Part shown: piece by piece, positions 12,432 through 24,620 of the stretch
How the letters are laid out: each line of letters starts with the position of its first letter
How positions within the stretch are numbered: the first letter of the stretch is position 1
Origin: Basidiobolus meristosporus CBS 931.73
Taxonomy: Eukaryota; Fungi; Basidiobolomycota
Direction: 5' to 3'
DNA length: 64,000 nucleotides
Assembly: GCA_002104905.1 (NCBI GenBank)
Contig: MCFE01000414.1
Span: 1 to 64,000 of the forward strand
Made by a program: the position numbers and the translations under genes
The notes under the pieces: generated by a model
Told to the model about the DNA's origin: nothing
Databases searched by the model: none
Seen by the model: the letters and a program-made list of their open reading frames with translations, nothing else

Positions 12432-15400
12432 TCATGATGTGCCTGGGTTGCTACCACCTACGGTCTGCTGGCAAAGATGATTGTAGTGGACGGAGTGGGC
12501 CAGGTTATTATGCTGGGTGCGACATTTGTCCCCGTACCAGCAGTCAGGACGGGAGGTTAGCTCGGTTGGGAGCTTCTGGGCATTCAAACGTAGGTATTCA
12601 GACACCACCATGGACAGGAGTTTAGTGCCACAGCCGCTGCACACCTTGCTGTCATACGAGAGTGGCATGGATGGGGACCATGATCTCTCGTATGCATTGG
12701 TCTCGATGACCAAATCCTTTACCCGCTCATGGAAGAGGTTGTTCATGGAAATTCCGTTGTAACGGAGGAAGGAGTTGGCCACACACTGTTCAAAGCTATT
12801 GAACCCAGCGAGGTGATCATTGCCGAACTTCAGTTCGCTCAAGTGCTTGATCTCGGAACCCTCCTTGTTGCACAGCGAGCAGTAGTTGTGGTCCTTCACC
12901 AGCACGATGTATTTGAGTCGGATTTGATCCACGTTGTATACGATGTACTCGTTATGGTTAAGGGAAAATTCGATCTTCCGCTTCTTGGAATCAAGCTTCG
13001 CCGCCCGTTCAATTACCGGTCCCTGAGGGATGATAAGCCCATCATTATCATGCAACGCTTTTCTGAAGTCGGGCCCGTAGCGGCCCAGCCCCTTGGTACT
13101 TAGGAAACCGTCCGGTGCTGACTCCATGTACTTGGCCTCAGTCGCCTCGAACATATCCCCTAATGCTACCTCACATAAAAGCAAACAGCTGTAGCCTCTT
13201 GTCGCATTGCTGTCATTGATGGAGTAGCCCACGGACTTATCGAACATGTCGGCAAAGTAAACGCCCTTTCCGAACATGTAGCCGGTGCATGGGGCCTCCA
13301 CGGGGGCCACGCGCAACCCTTGAGACAGAATTCCCAGGTAGTTGGAGAATCTCGAGCCATGCCATAGTAACATTCGGTTGCTGTTTTGACTAAATGGCTT
13401 GAACCGCTCCCGTTGACCAACTTTATCTAAACTCCATACGTTCATGAGCTCATAGTTCTCCGTACGTCCCGACTGGTGTAGATAGTTGTTGATCCGCAAA
13501 AACTCCTCGCTACCCTTACCAACCTCTGCCCAATTACATCCAAGCGCACTGTAGCAATAATCCAACGGGCTCCGAATCTCCGCTCTATACTGGGCGGCAA
13601 GGATGATATTTGCCCCGCCATTGAGATACCTCAAGTTTTCCAGGCGCCTTGTCTCCTCCTGCAGTATTTCCTTGGTGGTGATCGACTGAATCCCCCGGAG
13701 CTTCTCGTTCCTGTATGGGATTTTCCGGAAGTAGTGATTACTCATGGTGGCTAATCGCTCCCTCATATCCTTAACCACTCTATAGTCATAGTCCAAGCTA
13801 TTTTGAGCTGCTGTAAGTTCATTTACTGCCTCGCGGATGTTGCATAGTGTCTGGTAGCCCTCCTCGATGACGCTTCTATCCAGGTATCCTAGAGGAATGT
13901 CTGTATCTTTATCCAGCATTACCTGCTTCATGCTGGTCACATCACAGAATAACTAAAGTCCAAGAGATGAGCTGAAGAGTTCTGGTTTCCATTACATCTG
14001 AGTCGAGCATACCTTGAGAGTCGCTTGCAGTGACAAAGGTAACTTACTGGGGGAGCACTTCTTGAAGTCAATAGGCTTGAGAGGCACTTGACGGTTGTGC
14101 ACATTCCGAGTCACCACAAAGCGATCATCCTTCTCCACAAACTCCTCGATTGAACGGTTTTCCCAATTATTGCCGGTTTTGGACTTGAAGATCTTCTTGA
14201 ACTCATTCTCCGCTTCCTCTTTGCTCTGGAATGGTGTCCGTTGATGCATTCCCTATTAAACCTCCCCCCATCAGATACTGGATCACTTACATCAGGTGCA
14301 TTCATACCACCTACCTCTTCACCGATTTGGCCCCACCTGGTCCACACAAAGTAGATGTCTTGGATAGTGTTGTGAATGAGCTGCATCTTGTAGAACATGT
14401 TTATCCCGTGATAACCACGTCGAACGTCGGTCTTGTTTAGCAGAATATCATAGGGCTCATCGTTGGCATCGATTAAGACCTTTCCGACTTGCGCAAGTTG
14501 CGACTGAGGCTCGATCTCCACCTTTTTGTCCCAATCGTCCGGCAGCACCCCTCCGTTCAAGAGTTTAGCTTCCTCCTCCTTCTTCTTGAGATCCTCGAGC
14601 TCCAACTTCCTTTTCTGCAGATCCGCGTCCCCATGAACGTCCACGGGAAGCAGTTCGTGTACAGGGTCCACATCCATATCCTCAGTGTCGTGGCTCGAAC
14701 TCTGGCGTTGCGTCTCTGAGGTTTGGGTAAGATAGGGACTAAGCACGTCGTAAAGCTTGCTAGATTTCTGGGATGCAACATAGTCCGCCGGGCTTTTTCC
14801 GTAAATATCCTTTTGATTGATCAAGGATTCCAGTGCCTCAGGACTCAGATACTGTTGAAGCATCTTGAATGCCTCCACGTTATCATAAGTGGCGCTCTTA
14901 TACGGGGATACAATCACATGCAAAATTGATCGGTGTTCGTCATCAGTCTCCGTAAGATCCATCGTGGTCACACCGTTTGGATGCTCGAAGAGTATCTTGA
15001 GGGCTTCGACACTATTCAGCATAACTGCGTGGACCAATGCATTGACGGGCTTGTCCGACAGTAGATTTTCCTCATTGATGCAACTCTTGATGTTGGGATC
15101 AGCGTTCAAATTTAGCAGCTATTTGCAACCAAGGTTAGGTTTTGGGTGAGCTTAGGTAAAAACTAAGGATGCTACGCGGACTTACTCCGGTTACAAGCTC
15201 TGGATTGTTTCTGATTGCATATTCAAGTGGAGTTTGGCCAGTGATGGGGTCAATCAAGTTTACATTTGGATGCTGTCGCTCAAGCAGCTTTCGATGCTCC
15301 CGGAACAACATGTTCTGCTTGAATAGGCATCTGTAGTAAATTGTGGCTCCTGTTTTAGCGTCCACATCATCTACAGAAGCGTTGTGCCGCAGCAGTGGTA

Positions 15401-18400
15401 CAGCAGCAGCTGTATACGTCTTCATAGCGAAGAGTAGAGCCGATTCTCCTGTAATAGGATGCTTAACATCACACCGGACCCCGGCCCTTAATAGTACCTA
15501 AGTTATAGACAAATGTCAGGCTTGTAGATACTCTAGAAACAGTCTGGAGTCCGTCGCTCACCTCCACTATTTCCAGCTCTTGTTGGATCAACGCCAAAAT
15601 CAAAGGATGCGTCACCAATGTCTTTTTCTTTTTCTTGTCCAAGAAAGTGTAGGGGGCTGGCTGATTGATATCCCCACCTGCATCTATGATGACCTAGGAT
15701 ACAAGAGTTCTATGAGTCTAAATCTGCACAAGCGGAACACGTGCGACCCATACTCACCCTCAAAAAGTTTCGACGCCGGTCGATCGCGGTACCATCTTGG
15801 AAAATACTTCTCATGACAGCATTCTGCTCCATCTTATCAACCTCTGTGCTAGCTAGAGCGCCGTAATTCAGCAATAACTTTATACGCAAGTTCAGAATTA
15901 TTGCTAACACAACTTGGTGAACTAAAAATTCGTTACCTGAAGAAGCGCCATGTTTCGATGACCGGTGGCCATTGATATGATTGATTCGTGCTTCGACATA
16001 TCATACATATCCGGCTTCCCACCTTTCGCCAACAGCAGCTGCAAGCCGATCAGCATTAACCCATACAACAAAGCCGCATGACCACTTACCTTAGCTATCT
16101 CCATGTTATTGTCTTTGACTGCATACCATATAGCAGTCTTTCCTTCGCCATCAACTGCATCAAGGTTGGCATTCTTCTCAAGGAAGAATTTGGTGAGGAT
16201 CACATGTTTGTTGATGGCTGCAAAATGTAAAGGCGTCTGGGAGTTTATATCGGTATGATTAATGTCGATGTCATGCTTCTCAACCAGTTGAAAGATTTCT
16301 TCCGCATACTCTTCCCAGTCGCTAGTTCGGAAAAGAGTTGGCCACGGAGATGGTGGTATCTTTGGGAAACAGAAGGGACTTACTTGCTGAGGGTACGGAA
16401 ATTAGCGAGCACGTGATACATGTTCCGGTTGTCTTCATTGATTTCAGTAAATTGTGCAGGCTGAGCCTTCGAAAGCAACATAGAAGCCAAATGGAATTGT
16501 CCTAGAAGAGTATTCAGCACTGGTGTCTCATCTTCCGGAATCACTCAGCTTACCTGCAGATAATGTGTCGCTAATTGCTGCCAAGAGGTTGATTCCGCAG
16601 TCCATAATCTGGTACGCGAGAGGCATGAATGATCTATGCATGGAATAGTAGAAGGTGGAGGTTTTGGAATTGGCTACTTGTGGCAAACGCATTTCTCCCA
16701 CACTACGAACACCACTATTTGCCAGCATTATACAATGCTCTACATGCCCGTAGATCAATCCAATTTGGAATGGCGTCAGTCCATCGAGGTCTACTACCTC
16801 AGTATCCACCTTCCGCTTCAAAAGGGTAGTTGAGCAAGTGAATGCGCCCAGTCTAGCGGAATAGTGCATCGGAGCTCTTCCAAATGAATCCTGGATGTCC
16901 AATCTCAATTCGTTTTGCTCAAGGAAGTACCTCAGAATGTCAATTGGGTCGTCTTTAGTGTGCTTGAGGTCTTCCTCGGTTTCCCAAATTTGACATTTAT
17001 ATATCCCGTTAAAGAGGGATGAATCTTCATTGTGCAGTTTCGATGGCTCTTTGGGGTCATCAGGTAGTTTCTGCTGTAGACCCTCCGATAGCCATGTCTC
17101 AAGGGAGTCACTCTCCAATTCGAACTTTCGGACTTTTGAGAGCACTATCTCGCGTTCGCGCTCTTGCTCTTCGATGGATATCCGCGCTTTATCCATTTTC
17201 CGCTTGATTGGGATTGTAAGCTTCATAAACGGAATCTGGTGAGACTTCACGAAAACTAAATGTAAAGGAGTTCGGCCCTGGTAATCTTGGGCATTAATAT
17301 CAGCACCATACTGTAGGAGCAAGCTCTCTATCCTAAAGGATTTGTTGGCTTGTTGACGAGAGTGGTCACAAGTATAATGCAACGGGGTCTGATTGTACTG
17401 ATCGGTTACTCTAGGTGAAGCACCTGCTTCTAGCAAAACCTTTACAATCTTGTAATTCCGGACATTAGAGGCGTGATGTAATATCGATAGCCCTAGATTA
17501 TCTACACATTGAACATTAGCCCCAGTCTGAAGAAGAAGGTGCACCAGATCTGGGTTGTTCTGTTTCACAGCCTCTATCAAAGGCGTGGAATACGTAGGAC
17601 TGGAGCGCGTTTGGCTGTGAACATTTGGATCAGCACCACATTTGATTAATAATCGAGCTATTTCCAAATTATTGTTGATGCACGCCATGTACAAAGCTGT
17701 TTTCTCACTCTTGTTCATGTTGTTGATTCGCAGCAAGTCGCCAGTGGTTCTCGATTCCCCAGCTAATTTGGAAGCAACATCGGCACCATCGATTAGGAAT
17801 TTAACCATCCGGGTCTGGTTGAGGTGACTGGCTGAAATCAGTAGTGTATCGCGCACATCATTGATGGTAGAGAAGTTAATGGAAATTTCCCCGGGATTCT
17901 TGCCCAGTATCTTTCCCAGAAGCTTTTCTTGTTGGCTATTAATGATCTGCATTAGAACAGACGTGTTTTTACTGTCGACAACATTCAGATCGGATGCTGC
18001 ATCCAGCAGTATCTATATTGTAGATAGAGATTAAAATCTGACTGGGCCAGCGCTCCAAGTCTTACAAACCTCTGAAGCACGAGTTCGATTTTGGCTGATT
18101 GTCATCATTAAGGCAGACTCCTTACACTTGAAGGTGGTAACACTAAGGGCAGAGCTGATCTTCGATGGCTCCCAGTTTTCCCGCATATATGATAGTAAAA
18201 TCTTCAAGGCAGCAGTCTCGGATTGAACGGCGGCAATCATGATGGCTGTCTCGCCAGCACTATTCTGAAGGGAAGGATCGGCTCCACTATCGGCTAGCAC
18301 ACGGACGGACTCTTGCCATAAATCCTTTTCGGATTGGTAGCTGATCTTCAGGACCTTCTTGACTTCGTCGGTGAGTAGACTCTCGGGGAGACTCTCTTCG

Positions 18401-21400
18401 TCCAGGTATGAAGCAAGCATCAGTGGTGTTTGGCAATGGTTGTGTCTCTGTATATGGAGGTTAGGATTGCATCCATTTTGCAACAAGAACCTCAAAGGCT
18501 CCGAATCTTGCAGATTTGCTGCAAAATGTAGCAATCCCCATCCAGTTCTGTTAGGCTCCATTTCTAGAGTGGCCTTGGGATGCTTGAGATGGAAATCTTC
18601 AGGTAGTTGGAGCTGGCAATCCATATCGGGCTTCATGGTATTGATGAACTGCTGAGCTTCCTTGATCCAGAAGTCCCATCGATAGGTCACTGATTCCTCT
18701 CTCACCTTTGGGGTAGAGGATTTGGAGGCTTGTTTATATTCATAACTGTTGATATATTGCTTCAGCTTCTTGACCTTCTCCTTGAGTTTCTCGTACTGCG
18801 CATTGATGGCATGCACAAAAGACAACAGCAAGGGGGTGTATCCATTTTTGTCTACCTTATTCGCCAAACACTTCATACGATCATCATTCATTAGCACTTT
18901 CCCAATCTCCTGGATAGTGTTCCTTTCAGCGATAATACAGTCATTCCATTCCTGGGGTTCAGGATCCAGCTCATACGACTGAGACTCTGCTATTGCTCTC
19001 AAATAATAATGCAGAGGGGTTAGCCCGTTTCCGTACGATATATCCCAATAATTGGCACCATTGGTTATCAAGAACTTGATCATGTTCTTTCTATCCTTCT
19101 CCAAAGCTAACTGCAGCGGAGTTTGTCCAGCGTTGTTCTTCACCTCCATTGGTGCCCCCTTCTCTAATAGCATCTGGGCAATCTGAGTTTGCAATTTGGC
19201 CACCTCTCCATCAGCGAAACGCGCCTCTGCATCGCATGAACCTTCCGTGGGATACTTTCCGACGATGGCATTGATGTTTGACCCAACTAGTATGTGCAGT
19301 GGAGTATCGCCGTTGATGTCTTTGTAAGAAACGTCGCAGTTGCTGTTTCCTAAAAGGGCGGAGATCTTCCTAAGAAGGCGCTCCGATTCGTATGCCCTAT
19401 TATCCTTATTAACCCAACGATTGGACGTGTCCTTACCTCTACCTCTAGGGACCAACTTGGATCCAGCATTTTCATCAACGAAAAACAAGTTGCAGCAGGT
19501 GTGAAGAATGGTTCTCCCACTGGTATTCGGGATGTTGATATTGATCTGCGGATTGTTGATGAAGTAGTCGACAATCCGCATGTGACCCTTTCTATCCGCA
19601 ATGGACAGGGGTGATGTCTTCCAACTGTTCACAGCATTGGGATCGGCACCCCCCACTTCAACCAACAATTTGGTCAAGGAGAACCATCCATATGCAGCTG
19701 CATAGTGAAGCGGATTGTTTCCGGAGGTGTCTCCAGCATTTACATCCACCCCACAAACTTGAAGAAGATACGCGGCTATTTCGTAGTGGCCATTCTTACA
19801 AGCAAGATGGATGGGCTTTCTCTTGAACTTGTCATCTTTTTCTGGATCAGCACGTCCGTTTTCCACCAAAACTTTCACTGCCTCCAGATGGCCCATCTTT
19901 ACTGCATGGAACAATGGGGTGGCTTTGGTTTCTTTGTCCAACAGGTCTACGCTAGCACCACACTCAAGCAGTGCGGCGATAGTCTTTGGATGGCCGTAAT
20001 GGGCAGCAAAGTGAAGGGCGGTCCAGCCTTGGCTCAGTGGAGTAGTGTCGACCACCCCATCACCTAACGCCTCTAGCAACAGCGGTATTATATGGCTCTT
20101 CCCATATTTAGCGCACAACAATAATGGGGTCATCCGGTAATTGTCCATCTTCGTGAGATTAAAACTCTTCTCAATCAAAAATTTCAATGGCTCCACGCCC
20201 TCACAAACAACCGCAAAATGAGCAATGGTCCGGCCCATGCTATCTTCTGTGTTCATTTCTGCAGTAGTCAAAGCATTGCACAGCTCTCGCAAATACCTGT
20301 CATCTGGATTTAATGCGGCCAGCTGCAAGGGATTGATGGAATTATTTCTGGATGCCATTTTAAGAATTTGGTTTCGGCGGTAACTGGTCAGAGGTTGGCC
20401 ATCCTTAGCGCTCAGTACCTCCCTGTGCAGGTGATTAAACCCATAGTCTTCACCTAGCTCACTAACCAAAATGAAGGAAACCTCTCTATTACCGGCGGCT
20501 GCTGCTTCGTAGAGACCGGAGTTTTTCAAGAAAAAGTCGGCTTGCGAGTCGGTAACAAGTAAAAGCTTGGCCATCTCGGTAGTCAAACTTGAATTGCGAA
20601 TGGTATGCACCAAAGACTCAATTTCCTCAACGTCCCAGTGTGCCCTCCGTTTATTGTGTACTTCGAAAGGATCGAAATCTATGCTCTGGTAAAACGCATT
20701 GTCTCCCTCTCGATTTCCGCGTGCCTCCTTTACCATACCAACTGCAAATCCCAACGTATATCTGGAGAGATAATTTGCACCATTATAGCCCAACCCGTCA
20801 GAGCCCGAATTGGGGATACTCGGGGCTATTCTAGATTTAGTTGCCAGAAGCAGGTTACGAACGATCCGGAATTGGTTTCTTTCCAATGCTATACGCAACG
20901 CTGAGTCGTGCGTGACGTCGGGTCTACGGCCATGTCTATAGTCAGTGATGTTTTTTGTGTCATTGTAGACCTCATCAAATAGCGGTATGTTTGTCAACAA
21001 GGGATCGACGGTTCGTGAATCCTTGTCGTCATCATCAAGATCATCCGCAGCAGTGCATGAATTTGAAATTTGGTTATCTTCAGTCGAGTGGTCCATATCA
21101 GAAGTACCCGTGGACAGATCAGGTTCGGCGAAGAAGGCAGCGCGATTGAACTCACGAGAAGCGCATACCATACAACATGATATATCTGGATGGTTAGGCT
21201 CGTCAACATTGAAATCAAACCCACTCCATGGGGGGACTTCAATTTTCAGTCGATTCCTGATGCGTTCGTTGACCTCTTGCTCGTGCTGCATCCTGAGCAA
21301 TTCGGACTTCTTTGGAGCCTTTACCTTGGGGGACTTCGGAGTCTTTGGAGTCTTCGGGGATTCAGACTTGACTTCACTGCTCTTACGCTTTCGTGGAGTA

Positions 21401-22029
21401 CTGACTATTTCCTGTGATCCCTCGAGAGGCGCGCTGAGCCTATCTTCCGTTTTGTCCGCCATCTTGCGTTTGTTTCTGGACCTCTTCGTGGTGGGTGAAC
21501 AAACCTCCCAATCGGGGTCCGTAGACCGTTCCTTATGATGGGATCGGCGCTTTTTTTGGGCACCGGGTTGGAGCTCCTCCTTCCAGTTGCTAATCAAACT
21601 TTGATCCAAGATGTTCTCCTCCGGCTCCCAAGAATCGTCATCCGAGTCATAGCCGGTCCACTTCACCCGGTAGTATGTGACTCCCTGGTTCTCGGTTAGA
21701 GTCCACACTATTGGACGGCCACGTGCCAAAAATACTTCTTACCTCCTCCACCTTGGAATCTACAATTGCCTCAGCAACGTAAATATCGTCGTCCTCGTCG
21801 CTGCTGAGACAGTTCGTAGCCCCGTCGTTTTCATGAAAACGGCCGGTATCTGTAAAGAAACAGGTGTTGAGTTGAAGAGGGGACACAAGGCAGGAACGAA
21901 GCCAGGCTAACCATCGGCATCCTCCAGATAACCACTTGTGGTTTTGATCAGGGCGGGGGTGGTGATGGCGAGTTTTTTGTTCTGGCTCCGTAAAGGATAG
22001 GATTTGGTTGTGGTGATGTCGATGCTCAT
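12432..22029 (-). CDS. Giant multidomain poly(ADP-ribose) polymerase: chromodomain + >20 ankyrin repeats + WGR + PARP regulatory + PARP catalytic + CHFR-type Cys-rich/PBZ zinc finger (~2,959 aa, 13 exons)
   Basis: Manual splicing gives one continuous frame. Exons: 22029-21912, 21849-21743, 21684-18070, 18012-16554, 16501-16384, 16321-16090, 16038-15937, 15877-15758, 15693-15562, 15497-15186, 15118-14315, 14252-14013, 13952-12432 (8,880 nt); all introns are GT..AG, 51-67 nt. Motifs: chromodomain YVAEAIVDSKVEE|GVTYYRVKWTGYDSDDDSWEPEENI; ankyrins such as GWTALHFAAHYGH, GNNPLHYAAAYGW, QTPLHFAAINKH; WGR FYKMQLI...VWTRWGQIGEE|GMHQRTPF...EFKKIFKSKTGNNW; catalytic LLWHGSRFSN...GYMFGKGVYFAD...CEVALG...NEYIVY; C-terminal RPDCWYGDKCRTQHNNLAHSVHYNHLC. 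Exon 1 and the start codon are the least certain part. Confidence 0.93.
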
Positions 22030-22065
22030 GATCCTGTTGGAAACAAATCAGAGAGCCACCAACTC

Positions 22066-22074
22066 TTTTATATA
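22066..22074 (-). promoter_or_regulatory. Possible TATA box of the giant PARP gene
   Basis: TATATAAAA on the minus strand ~37 nt upstream of the proposed ATG at 22029. An acceptor-like ccaacag just before the ATG could instead indicate a 5' UTR intron. Confidence 0.35.
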
Positions 22075-23932
22075 GGTTGCAATACCGCTAGAAATCAACC
22101 GCAGGTCGAGCAACTGCCAAATTGCGGCAGGCTGAGGAAATAATACAGTCGATGTGGCTCAACTCTGATTAAGGGTGGTATTTATCAAATTGGGCCACGA
22201 TGGTGACTGCTCCCAAATAGGTAGTCTCAGCCTAATTAATATGGACGTGGAAGCCATTAAGAAGCACCCAAGAAGTAGTACATCGCTGATATGCAGCAAT
22301 CACATTTGAGCTGGTTCCAAGCGTGCACCATGCCTGATATTCACGACAGATTGAAATATCGAATACCGGGTCTGCCCAATTTGGACGCAATTAGGTAGCA
22401 TCAAGATTAATCAAGTAGTCACCAAGTTGTACGTTCATGTGCACGGTATTTAGGTGAGCGAATCAGGCATCTACCCTATTCAATACACTCCAATTTCCCC
22501 ACCGAGCAGTTAATCTGGAAGCGAATTAAAATCGGGGTTGAAGCGAGTGACACCGTAGGAATTGATGGTAAATCCATCCTATTGACCGACAGTGGTGAAA
22601 CAATTAGTATCCAAGGTGGCACCAACGACTGCAATGGCCAGTGTACACGTTGGTGAAGTTTGAGGGTAGTGAGTCCTTATGTTCCATTGACCCTGTAGAG
22701 ATATTATTGTACAAGCAAGTGCAGATAGCATCCCAGGATAGTTTAATAACCCTCCATCGACCAGCAACGCTATTTATTAACTCACATTCTAAACCTCAAT
22801 CAGGCATTTAGTGGGATGTGACTCCATGGTTTGGTGAGCATACATGCATACATACACAGATACATACTGATTTGAGTCCTCCGACACCATTCCTTTGCGT
22901 GATTTTCACACTTAAGAAACTCCAATAAAGGGAAGTGCACCTCTCTTGCATCACACAAGCGGCCATCTCCAGAGGAGAACCTGGAAGAGAGAGCTTACAA
23001 CAAGCAGCTCCATAAATTGATGGAGCCTCTCCAGGCAGGTGGCCTGTGCTCTCCTGTGGACCGCTATATGTATGTATGCATAAGGCCAATCATTGCATGA
23101 TGCAGGGCTGCACTTATTGCTACATATGGGCATTGGAGGAATATTTGTGCTCTAAGGTTAGAGTGGATCTCACAACCATAGACTGCGGCCAGGTGGTGGA
23201 CACATAGCTGGACAGTGTGGTCAGAGTATATTGGCACAATGGACCAAGTTGTGGTAATTATATACCATTCAAATCTATACAGGTAGGGCCTTGCTTGCAG
23301 GCATGCCAACCCATATGCTGTAGGACCTGAGTTGCTTTGATAGAATCCTCAGGATCAAGTAATTGTTGGGTAAGTCATGATTACCAAACCGTGGGCCGTC
23401 TCACAGAATGATTTTGGGGGGTGGGAACTGCCTCTATAGTGTGTAATTTGGATCCTCGTGAAACACCTTACACAGCATCTGAGGTGGTAAGCATCAGGCT
23501 GACTAGGTATAGCAATACTTCAGTAGATGTATCATCCCCAGTCGATGTTTCAAAAGGGATCCGTAGGCTGAATCGAGTAGCCAGTAGTTTAGCATTTCCA
23601 AACCCCTTGTCCATCGCTGTACGATTGTATACAGGTAGAAACCAGTTTAGGGATGGTGCAAGCGAGCACGATAGATAGGCGGTGGTTCGACTCGCAGAAA
23701 CTAGGGCCACCTTCGCTTTGGTATCCAGAAAATCAGTCAACAGCGCTGTATAGCTAGTGTCAGTACCTGGCTCTCAGAGAAGATTAGAGACGGATGTTAA
23801 TAGGTATATAGAATTAAGCATCACGCGATTCGAATTGACAAATGCTTAATTTATTGAAATATGTACCATAATAAAACTATTTGAAATCTAACAATTGGGT
23901 ATTTACTACAAGGTTCAGCGAATCTTCGGCAT

Positions 23933-24620
23933 TCAACAGAAAGTGCGGCAAAATGGGGCGAAGCGATAGCCTGTCGAATTCAACACACTGGAAGAGTTGC
24001 ACTTATCAAGAGCGGGCTCATCCGATATGTGGGCCATGCTGAAGTGCTTCAAGAGGGTGGATTTCTTGCGGAAACTGTATACGCGACCGGATTCGAATTA
24101 GATGCAGAACATTGATAAGATCTTCGCAAAAAGACATTACCTCTTGCTGCAGCTAGAGAAGTGGCACTGGTATGGACGGTCTCCTGCGTGGATTCGCCGA
24201 TGGCGGCTGAGCGAGCTGCTGTCACTAAACGATTTTAAGCAGCCCTCCCATGAGCACTGGAACGGTCGCTCGCCAGAATGGGTGCGCATGTGGATGGTCA
24301 GCGAGGATTTCTGATGGCAAGGTAGCTCAGTCATTGTACGATGGATTGATGCAGGCCTGTAGCGCACCTACCTGTATAAAACTTTGACCGCAACCAGACT
24401 CGGTACAAATGAACGGCCTGAAAAACAAAGAAAGCTCAGGATCAGCTGCTGGAAAACGGAACTGCCCTGCTTGACGGCATTACCTCTCGTTTGTGTGAAT
24501 TCTGTGATGTCTTAGCAGATCCGCCCTTCTCTTGAAGGCCTTCTTGCAGCCAACCCAGAGGCACGAGTACACCCGTTCCTCCGCTGCTTGTACAGGGTTG
24601 ATCAAATCCAGAATATCCAT
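23933..24620 (-). CDS. Small C2H2 zinc-finger transcription factor (4 fingers, 4 exons, ~170 aa)
   Basis: Spliced frame: MDILDLINP...[29 protein letters not shown]|[15 protein letters not shown]|[56 protein letters not shown]|[16 protein letters not shown]...stop at 23933. Canonical (T/S)GERP-type linkers. Start codon uncertain. Confidence 0.85.

Noticed and set aside
20589-21538. Plus-strand ORFs overlapping the PARP gene (e.g. 20987-21538, 183 aa)
   Set aside because: Antisense shadows of a real coding frame; the same applies to plus-strand ORFs over ATR, HMMR-like and WEE1.
23421-23760. Overlapping 85-90 aa ORFs on both strands
   Set aside because: No domain, no convincing splice partners, and adjacent to a CpG-poor relic.
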